64,000 nt of DNA from Candidatus Saccharimonadota bacterium (GTDB lineage: Bacteria > Patescibacteriota > Saccharimonadia > Saccharimonadales > UBA10212): contig JACPKF010000009.1 of the NCBI GenBank assembly GCA_016187125.1, forward strand, positions 11,855-75,854, given 5' to 3'. This document shows, one piece after another, positions 1 to 6,555 of the stretch (positions are counted from its first letter, which is position 1; every line of letters begins with the position of its first letter). A program made the translations under genes and the position numbers. The notes below the pieces were generated by a model. That model worked only from the letters and a program-made list of their open reading frames with translations. It searched no databases and was not told the origin of the DNA.

Positions 1-68
1 CTAAGGTAAGCAACTATACAAGTGAAACTATTGCCGCTGGCAAAGACGTCCAGCCGGAGCATGCCGAA

Positions 69-1790
69 ATGCTCTATCAACATGGCTTTACAGTGCTGAA
101 AAGGGAGTTGTCACCCGAGCTAGTTTCATCATTTATCCAACAAGCAAGTGCCGAATTATCCCGTAAACACCAAGAAACTGGCCAAGCTGTTTACCAACAA
201 CCATTTATAGAAGCCTTTGAGGCCGCGTTCGCTAAAGAGATCGAGTTTGATAAGGAACTAGGAAAAATTCTTGTAGAAGATTCAGCCGAAGTTGCGGCCT
301 TGCCAGACAATGATGCGGGGGCCCAAAAAGAAGTGACAGCTCCGGCTCCAATTAGCGATGATGATAGGGAGTTTGAAGCTTGGCGAGCAGGCGAGGGTAA
401 CGAGGGGGCCATACCAGAGCCGAGTGATAAATCTAAAGCTGTTGCTTGGGGCGCCGAAACAGAAGAAAATGAAGCCAAAGAACCAGAAAAGTCAGATAAA
501 GAAATCGAATTCGAGCAAGCTTTAGCAGAATGCCAAGATGCGGTTCAACTAAGAACGCTGATTGAGGAGAGAGCTGCAATGATAAAAGCCGAGATCGATC
601 AGCGGAGCATCGACGCCAAAGAGATGATCTATCTAAAAGATAATAACGATGCGCACATATTGAAGACTGCTGAAGCTATGATTACTGCTGGAAATCTTCC
701 GCGTGCTTTAAGCTTGTTAACACAAGAGGGCATCTCAGAGCAACGAAAAGAGGCACTGCTCACCGCCATAGAAAGTCAGTTAGCAGACTCAGCGGCTAGT
801 TGGCTCAGAGGCCGTCATTATTATTATTTGCAAGAAGCGCAATCCGCAATAGATGGAATGCCTTTGCCCGATTCTGATAAGGCACAAATAAGGGCATATT
901 TGGATGCAGATATTTTTAAAATTATTAGCAATGCGGCAAGTAGAGCTAATGAAGGAGATGAAATAGAGAGTGATATCCAAAGTTCTAGGGCACTCGATGC
1001 GTTAGCTTATATTTCAGACCCAGCCTTAGCCGTCAAAATCAAGGAAATCCTCGAGCTTAAAGAACCTCCGGCAATACCCGTCAATATTGAAGAGGATTTG
1101 GTACCCAGTACAATAACAACCATAGAACCCCCGGCTGACGCAAGTATGAAAGAATGGAAGGAATGGTATTTAACAACTCCTGTCGAGAACTTATCTGATA
1201 AGGATTTCGAGCATTATCTTCTAATTAAACTCACTGAAGGAAAACGCATTATTCAAAATGGGTCATTCAGAGCTTATGATGATCTGGGACTTCGGGACAG
1301 AAAGGCGTTTTCGGTTGTTAAGAATATTGAGCGAAAAATCTCTTATAAATCGACCAAAAACCATGACCCTTACAATATATTGAAAAGAGCCTTCAAGAGA
1401 TTAGACAAAAAAGTGCCAAAGGACGAATTAGGGCTGGCTAAAGCATCATTTTGCCCTATTGTTTTAGGGCTAGCAGACTCAATACTTAAACATGCACCAA
1501 AAAGACAGACCCTTGAAATTACCAGCGGAAAAGCTATTCAGCTAATCAATGAGTTTGCTTCGGATGAAGGATCAGCACATATCATGAGAGAAGCACTTGA
1601 TTTAGAGATTTTGATTACGGCTCGTAGAGCCCACCAAAATATGAATTATCCCGGCCAAGATGATACGGGCGGTGATCCTCTAGAAATTGTTAAACATGCC
1701 TCGAGCGAGAGAGTTGCAAAAAGAATGTTGCAAGCGCTAGGAATAAGTCCAGCAGGTACTGAGGGGAGCAATAGTCCAGTCGCTAGATAA
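69..1790 (+). CDS. hypothetical acidic protein, possibly 5'-truncated by the window edge
   Basis: 573-codon ORF, very acidic, no motif I recognise. The frame has no stop between nt 3 and the ATG at 69, so it may start left of the window. Confidence 0.5.
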   Translation: MLYQHGFTVLKRELSPELVSSFIQQASAELSRKHQETGQAVYQQPFIEAFEAAFAKEIEFDKELGKILVEDSAEVAALPDNDAGAQKEVTAPAPISDDDREFEAWRAGEGNEGAIPEPSDKSKAVAWGAETEENEAKEPEKSDKEIEFEQALAECQDAVQLRTLIEERAAMIKAEIDQRSIDAKEMIYLKDNNDAHILKTAEAMITAGNLPRALSLLTQEGISEQRKEALLTAIESQLADSAASWLRGRHYYYLQEAQSAIDGMPLPDSDKAQIRAYLDADIFKIISNAASRANEGDEIESDIQSSRALDALAYISDPALAVKIKEILELKEPPAIPVNIEEDLVPSTITTIEPPADASMKEWKEWYLTTPVENLSDKDFEHYLLIKLTEGKRIIQNGSFRAYDDLGLRDRKAFSVVKNIERKISYKSTKNHDPYNILKRAFKRLDKKVPKDELGLAKASFCPIVLGLADSILKHAPKRQTLEITSGKAIQLINEFASDEGSAHIMREALDLEILITARRAHQNMNYPGQDDTGGDPLEIVKHASSERVAKRMLQALGISPAGTEGSNSPVAR

Positions 1791-2006
1791 GTTCGCTGTG
1801 TTATTAGTCCTCGATTTAGGTGAGTAACCAAGCTTGCAACTTGGTCTAGTTATTAATAATACATATGAATCGAACAGCAATTTTTGCAGCTGAGAATAAT
1901 ACAGTTAAAAATTATGGAAACCGAAGTTGACCACCAAAACGACCTTTTCATTTCGCCCAACAACTAATTTATTCCGACTTTTTTATCTTTCGTTTACTTT
2001 TACTTT

Positions 2007-2050
2007 ACTCCCCTATTCCTATATTCTATAGAATATAGGAATAGGGGAGT
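2007..2050. promoter_or_regulatory. perfect 44-bp palindrome, candidate operator of the ArsR-family gene
   Basis: ACTCCCCTATTCCTATATTCTA / TAGAATATAGGAATAGGGGAGT, 22+22 nt with no mismatch, ending 2 nt before ATG 2053. Confidence 0.6.
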
Positions 2051-2052
2051 AA

Positions 2053-2322
2053 ATGTTGGACATCAAGGAGGTGGAGAAGATAGCCAAGGGGCTCGCGAAT
2101 CATAACCGGATCAAAATTCTACTGGCTTTGGATAAAGAACCGGACATGACCCTGTTCGATATAGCAGGTGAGATAAAAACTGGTTTTAGAAATGTTAGCG
2201 AGCATTCGCGAAAGCTGGTTGCTGGCGGACTGATAACCAAAAAGTACCGAGGCCAAGCTGTCGAGCACAGGCTAACTCAGCGTGGCAAGGAAGCCTTGCG
2301 ATTTTGCAAAGTGATAAAATAA
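2053..2322 (+). CDS. ArsR/SmtB-family winged-helix transcriptional regulator
   Basis: 89 aa with an ArsR-like HTH pattern (LANHNRIKILLAL ... DIAGEI ... VSEHSRKLVAGGLI). Confidence 0.8.
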   Translation: MLDIKEVEKIAKGLANHNRIKILLALDKEPDMTLFDIAGEIKTGFRNVSEHSRKLVAGGLITKKYRGQAVEHRLTQRGKEALRFCKVIK

Positions 2323-2326
2323 CCTC

Positions 2327-2491
2327 ATGAGCAGCCAAACTGCCATCTTTGCCGCGGGGTGTTTTTGGGGTGATCGGCGGCTTCGCCTTATGAGACAAAC
2401 TAAGTTTTTCTCATCACGCCGGGCGCGAGATGAATCCGACGCTCGGGCTGCTCTTTTCCTAGCTCCAAGTGAGGAGCAGAAATCGAAATGA
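2327..2491 (+). pseudogene. 54-codon ORF whose first 15 codons duplicate the MsrA N-terminus (relic or uORF)
   Basis: Translates MSSQTAIFAAGCFWG, then unrelated basic sequence. Its TGA overlaps the msrA ATG (ATGA at 2488-2491). Confidence 0.45.
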
Positions 2492-2973
2492 AAAAGACTG
2501 CGGTATTTGCTGCTGGCTGCTTCTGGGGAGTGCAATATTATTTTGACCAAATACCCGGGGTTTTAAAGACCGAGGCTGGCTACACTGGCGGCCATACTGA
2601 AAATCCATCTTATGAACAGGTTTGTAGCCACAGTACCGGTCATGCCGAAGCCATCAAAATTGTCTTTGATCCGGTAGAAGTTAGTTATGAAACTTTGTTA
2701 AAACAATTTTTCCGGATACACGACCCAACCCAAATAAATCGCCAAGGCCCTGACGTAGGGGATCAATACCGTTCAGCCATTTTTTACACTTCTGCCGAGC
2801 AAAAAAAAGCGGCTCAGAAAATTATCGACGAACTTAACAAAGAAAAATTTGACGGTAAGATTGTCACGGCGCTTGAACCAGCCGGAAAGTGGTGGCCAGC
2901 CGAAGCCTATCACCAGAGATATACTGCTAGGACAGGTTTAGGTATCTGTCATGTAGCTTACGCTCCAATTTAG
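2488..2973 (+). CDS. msrA: peptide-methionine (S)-S-oxide reductase
   Basis: 161 aa with the GCFWG active-site motif near the N-terminus and MsrA-like sequence throughout. Confidence 0.92.
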   Translation: MKKTAVFAAGCFWGVQYYFDQIPGVLKTEAGYTGGHTENPSYEQVCSHSTGHAEAIKIVFDPVEVSYETLLKQFFRIHDPTQINRQGPDVGDQYRSAIFYTSAEQKKAAQKIIDELNKEKFDGKIVTALEPAGKWWPAEAYHQRYTARTGLGICHVAYAPI

Positions 2974-2988
2974 GTTGAGGGAATGCTT

Positions 2989-3062
2989 GCCCAGTAGTAG
3001 ACTTTCGCGTATTTTACAAACTATCCGCTATAGCGGATAGTCGCGAAAGCTCACTACTGGGC
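2989..3062. repeat. nested-palindrome element, family A, copy 1
   Basis: Outer arms GCCCAGTAGTAGACTTTCGCG / CGCGAAAGCTCACTACTGGGC enclose the inner hairpin CTATCCGC-TATA-GCGGATAG. Confidence 0.85.
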
Positions 3063-3068
3063 TTGCCC

Positions 3069-3137
3069 CGCACTAAATCCTGAAGCGAGAAGAGAGAGTC
3101 CGCCAGCCGGCGGATCGAGCATCAAGGTTTTAGTGCG
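3069..3137. repeat. second nested palindrome in the same spacer
   Basis: Outer 9-bp stem CGCACTAAA / TTTAGTGCG around the inner hairpin TCCGCC-AGCC-GGCGGA (3099-3114). Confidence 0.7.
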
Positions 3138-3166
3138 TGGGTGCCATGTTCCATATCAACCTATTT

Positions 3167-3248
3167 AGAGGTCTGTCCTTGGAAAAAACAAAGAGATTTT
3201 TTGTAAAATCACTAAATTTTTCATATTTTTTTCCAAGGACAGACCTCT
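3167..3248. repeat. long-hairpin element, family B, copy 1
   Basis: 22-nt arms AGAGGTCTGTCCTTGGAAAAAA / TTTTTTCCAAGGACAGACCTCT. The loop carries the inner hairpin GATTTT-TTGT-AAAATC. Lies directly 3' of the PEBP gene stop. Confidence 0.85.
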
Positions 3249-3252
3249 TTTA

Positions 3253-3795
3253 CTATTGGGCACTAAAAAGACCAATTAAAGTATGTTTAGCAAGAATGTG
3301 GCCTTGCATGGCTTTTTGCAGCTGGTCGCGGTTGGTAGCCGGCGGCAAGCTTAAAGTTTTGTCCAGGGCGTGAAGTTCGAACATATAACGATGGGTGCCG
3401 GTACCGGCCGGCGGGCAGGGGCCCATGTAGCCATTTTTGCCGCCGTCGTTAACTCCTTGAATGGCTCCGTCCGGAACCATGTTGACATCAATATTGGCAA
3501 CCGACATCGGCATGTCCCACATTATCCAGTGCACAAAGTCACCAGATACAGCATCGGGATCATGGACAACTAGAGCCAAACTTTTAGCGCTGGCAGGAAT
3601 ACCCACAATATTGAGTGGTGGATTAACATTTTGACCCTTGCAGGTATAAGTCGCAGGGATCGCTTCGCCATCCTTAAAAACCGGACTGCCCAGTCGCAGG
3701 TTAGTTTTGGTTAGATCATTACCGTTACTCATTTGTTTATCTCCTTCACTTTTAGTGCTAATAAATCCCAAAATAATAGTGGCGATAGTAACCAC
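3253..3795 (-). CDS. PEBP/YbhB-family (Raf-kinase-inhibitor-like) protein, membrane-anchored or secreted
   Basis: PEBP signatures (VHDPDA, GPCPPAGTGTHRY) after a hydrophobic N-terminus. Starts at GTG; see the finding on the in-frame TGA just upstream. Confidence 0.85.
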   Translation of the reverse strand: MVTIATIILGFISTKSEGDKQMSNGNDLTKTNLRLGSPVFKDGEAIPATYTCKGQNVNPPLNIVGIPASAKSLALVVHDPDAVSGDFVHWIMWDMPMSVANIDVNMVPDGAIQGVNDGGKNGYMGPCPPAGTGTHRYMFELHALDKTLSLPPATNRDQLQKAMQGHILAKHTLIGLFSAQ

Positions 3796-3892
3796 GCCGA
3801 TAACATACAGCCATCAGTTTTTGCGGGGCATATTTGAATCATACTCTAAGACGCTATAACCGGGTAGCCTGATTAATTGCTAGTATTAAGTA

Positions 3893-4297
3893 ATGCTTAA
3901 AGTAAGTTCTAAAACTTTTCTGGCTTTGGTTGGTGAAGCTATCAACGCTATTCCGACTTTGTATCAAAAGCATTTACAGAATGTGGCCTTCATAATCGAG
4001 GATAATCCTTCCCAAGAACAACGCCAAAGATTGAGGCTTAACGACGGAAGTCTACTATTTGGACTATACGAAGGCGTGCCCTTAACCGAGCGTGGCGGCC
4101 GGACTAAACTTTTGCCCGATAAAATCACTATTTTTAAAAAACCGCTGGAACGTGTCAGCCAGAGTCTGCCCGATTTACGTGATCAAATTGCCCATACTGT
4201 TTGGCATGAAGTAGCTCATTACTATGGTCTGGGCCATAAGCGTATCTATGAGCTGGAACAAAAAGCCTCCGAGAATTTACAAAAACACGGCCGATGA
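3893..4297 (+). CDS. small zincin-like metallopeptidase family protein
   Basis: 134 aa with an HExxH motif (WHEVAHYYG) near the C-terminus, typical of minimal zincin-type proteins. Confidence 0.7.
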   Translation: MLKVSSKTFLALVGEAINAIPTLYQKHLQNVAFIIEDNPSQEQRQRLRLNDGSLLFGLYEGVPLTERGGRTKLLPDKITIFKKPLERVSQSLPDLRDQIAHTVWHEVAHYYGLGHKRIYELEQKASENLQKHGR

Positions 4298-4423
4298 TAG
4301 GTTACTGCCTGTCCTTTTGACGAAGGTCATTCTTTGTTTTGTCTGATTGTCAAAGTCTGTGCATAAATATTGCAAAGTTATTGCCTGGGGCATATCATGA
4401 ACTCATTAACTAATGGAGGAGTT

Positions 4424-4726
4424 ATGAAATACTCTAAACAGCAAATGGTGGAGTGGCAAGTCCACTTTTTTGTAGGAGTAGCGGAACTGCTGCTACTACT
4501 GCGCGTAGTCTTGCGGTTCTTCAACGGGAACCCCGACGCGACTTTTGTGCACTGGGTTTACACTAATACCCAAGTGTTAATAGAGCCAGTCCGCAATGTC
4601 TTTGTTTCGGCCGGGGTGATAGAGCGCGGCTGGGTAGTAGACTATGTAGCACTGTTCACCATGGCCGTCTATGCTGCCGCTGGCTACTTGCTGATCGGTT
4701 TACTGAACCGCTGGGTCAAGAAATAA
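4424..4726 (+). CDS. YggT-like small membrane protein
   Basis: GGAGGA sits 4 nt upstream of ATG 4424. Two hydrophobic helices and a YggT-like pattern (LRFFNGNP ... EPVR). The track ORF start at 4370 is judged too early. Confidence 0.6.
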   Translation: MKYSKQQMVEWQVHFFVGVAELLLLLRVVLRFFNGNPDATFVHWVYTNTQVLIEPVRNVFVSAGVIERGWVVDYVALFTMAVYAAAGYLLIGLLNRWVKK

Positions 4727-4795
4727 CCAAAACTCGCGCACCGTCCATTTCCCTAAATTCAAAAAGCAACATACAACACGAAATTGAAAATATAA

Positions 4796-4824
4796 GTGCG
4801 GGTCAGATTGCCCCGCACTTTTTT
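4796..4824 (+). terminator. rho-independent terminator
   Basis: GTGCGGG-9 nt-CCCGCAC followed by TTTTTT. Confidence 0.75.
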
Positions 4825-4848
4825 ATAGGGATGCGCTAAAATAGAGAT

Positions 4849-4944
4849 GTGCAGTTCAAATTCAAAAACAACGGCCTACTGGTTCTAGTAATTGTCATAG
4901 CATTAGCTCTGATATCTTGGCTAGCTGTTATCCTAGCCGGCTAG
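4849..4944 (+). CDS. possible 31-aa hydrophobic peptide
   Basis: GTG-initiated ORF encoding VQFKFKNNGLLVLVIVIALALISWLAVILAG (one TM helix). No RBS seen. Confidence 0.2.
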   Translation: MQFKFKNNGLLVLVIVIALALISWLAVILAG

Positions 4945-4960
4945 ACTGCCTGACCCAGCT

Positions 4961-5016
4961 CTTAGCGCCGAGTGCTTCGCAACTATCCGCCACAGGCGGA
5001 TAGTCTCGGCGCTAAG
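4961..5016. repeat. nested palindrome, related in architecture to family A
   Basis: Outer arms CTTAGCGCCGAG / CTCGGCGCTAAG around the inner hairpin CTATCCGCC-ACA-GGCGGATAG, which has the same core as copy 1 of family A. Confidence 0.75.
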
Positions 5017-5041
5017 TGTTGGACTGATACAATACTAACTA

Positions 5042-5809
5042 ATGGCATATAAGAGATCGCCGGCTTATAAAGTCGGCCAAAAAGAACCATACCGCTTGAG
5101 CCGCAGCAAAATCGAGGATTTTATCCGCTGCCGGCGCTGTTTTTGGCTGGAGGCGCGACTCAAGATCAAAAAACCCTCAACGCCGCCATTTTTAATCAAT
5201 AGTGCGATAGACTCACTACTTAAGGCCGAGTTTGACACTTACCGCGCTAAAAAACAGCATCATCCTTGGCAAATCGAATTTAAAGTTAACGCTAAACCGT
5301 TTACCCATAAGGATTTAGACCGCTGGCGGCACACATTCACAGGCGTTCAACATTTGCACCAACCGACTAACTTGCTAATTTTTGGCGGTGTTGATGATGT
5401 TTGGGTAACACCCGACGGCGAACTGGTAGTGGTTGATTACAAAGCGACGGCCAAGGACGGTGAAATAACGAATCTGGAGGACTCCAAGTGGCATGATGCC
5501 TATCGGCGTCAGATGGAAATTTATCAGTGGCTGCTGCGCGGCGAAGGCCACAAAGTTAGTGATACCGGTTACTTTGTCTACGCCAACGGTATCGCTAAGG
5601 GCAAAGGTTTCTTTAACAAAGTCGAATTTCGAACCAACATATTTCCGTATAAGGGCAGCGACAAATGGGTTGAGCCGACACTGGTCAAAATCAAGCAAAC
5701 TTTAGAAGGCGATATGCCCAAAGAAGACCCTGACTGCGAACACTGCGCTTATGCTCGTTCACGTACCGAACTAACTCTTATAACTCTCCAAAAGAGAAAG
5801 AAACACTAG
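5042..5809 (+). CDS. PD-(D/E)XK nuclease with four Cys (Cas4/AddB-like Fe-S staple), standalone
   Basis: CxxC near the N-terminus (CRRC), a D...VVDYK core, a QMEIYQWLL (QxxxY) motif and a C-terminal CEHC. Confidence 0.7.
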   Translation: MAYKRSPAYKVGQKEPYRLSRSKIEDFIRCRRCFWLEARLKIKKPSTPPFLINSAIDSLLKAEFDTYRAKKQHHPWQIEFKVNAKPFTHKDLDRWRHTFTGVQHLHQPTNLLIFGGVDDVWVTPDGELVVVDYKATAKDGEITNLEDSKWHDAYRRQMEIYQWLLRGEGHKVSDTGYFVYANGIAKGKGFFNKVEFRTNIFPYKGSDKWVEPTLVKIKQTLEGDMPKEDPDCEHCAYARSRTELTLITLQKRKKH

Positions 5810-5811
5810 CT

Positions 5812-5848
5812 ATTTCCAGGGTACGACCCTGGAAATGACCCTGGAAAT
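5812..5848. repeat. REP-like hairpin (left) with duplicated right arm
   Basis: ATTTCCAGGGT-ACG-ACCCTGGAAAT, then a second GACCCTGGAAAT. Confidence 0.85.
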
Positions 5849-5862
5849 GCAGGAATATTGTG

Positions 5863-6477
5863 TTAATAGTTCGCTAGCTCCTCTTTGATTTCATCGAACA
5901 TTTTTTTGTGATTTTCGTAATCCTCTACAAATTTTCTATAATCTATTCGACCGTCAAAGAATTCGAGAATGCTATCGGGCTTCAGCCATTCGGCTTTTTG
6001 ACGTCCTAAATAAAAGGGCAGGCTAGAAAAAGCCCAGCGTTCATAGTTTTTGGGGTTTAAGTGTATATAGCGCGAAATATGCATTAAATAGTTGTCTCGA
6101 TCAATCATGGAGGCCTTAAAACGGCCTTGAAAAACTGGTCCCACGCATTTGTACTTCTTATTGAAGTACATTCCATAAGTAGTTATGACTGATTTAAATA
6201 ACTTTGTCATCGCATCGGAGTTGCGTTGGTAAATAAGTGCGTGAAAATGGTTGGGCATCAGACAAAACACTAAAAGGTCCACCTCTTTTTGTAGCCACGG
6301 ATACTCTCGACCTTTTTTGTCCTGCACAGGCTTGTTGCTTAAGTATCTTTTAAAAAGATTTAAAAACACAGCATAGTCATCGTCATCTCGAAAAACAACC
6401 CCTTTATTGTGGCCCCGTCCATAAACATGATAGTAGCTTTCTTCAAGATAAATTTTATTAACGTTCCTGCCAGGCAT
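5863..6477 (-). CDS. IS200/IS605-type Y1 HUH transposase, REP-associated (RAYT-like)
   Basis: YHVYGRG, LMPNHFHALI (HUH), GPVFQGRF and RYIHLNP motifs. TAGTAT -10 box lies 6 nt before the ATG. Confidence 0.85.
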   Translation of the reverse strand: MPGRNVNKIYLEESYYHVYGRGHNKGVVFRDDDDYAVFLNLFKRYLSNKPVQDKKGREYPWLQKEVDLLVFCLMPNHFHALIYQRNSDAMTKLFKSVITTYGMYFNKKYKCVGPVFQGRFKASMIDRDNYLMHISRYIHLNPKNYERWAFSSLPFYLGRQKAEWLKPDSILEFFDGRIDYRKFVEDYENHKKMFDEIKEELANY

Positions 6478-6503
6478 AAAAATATACTAACAACATATTC
6501 CCT

Positions 6504-6532
6504 CTATTTCCAGGGTCCGACCCTGGAAATAG
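6504..6532. repeat. REP-like hairpin (right)
   Basis: CTATTTCCAGGGT-CCG-ACCCTGGAAATAG, a 13-bp perfect stem. Confidence 0.85.
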
Positions 6533-6555
6533 AAGACGGAATGTAAAATAGGGAT

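Larger units (their letters stand above)
5812..6532. mobile_element. RAYT gene bracketed by REP-like hairpins (REPtron-like unit)
   Basis: The same TTTCCAGGGT-NCG-ACCCTGGAAA hairpin occurs on both sides of the HUH transposase gene. Confidence 0.75.

Noticed and set aside
2974-3252. Track ORFs within palindrome-rich spacers (3137-3373, 16857-17051, 59421-59729, 59434-59643) as genes
   Set aside because: They are created by GC-rich palindromes, lack RBS or promoter signals, and translate to low-complexity sequence.
3814-3816. Genome-wide reassignment of TGA (code 4 or 25), suggested by the in-frame TGA in the PEBP gene leader
   Set aside because: A full RF2 gene (SPF motif) is present. Many well-supported genes here end in TGA at the expected length (for example mraY, ftsE, the M16 peptidase and the zincin-like protein). 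No conserved gene needs TGA read-through.
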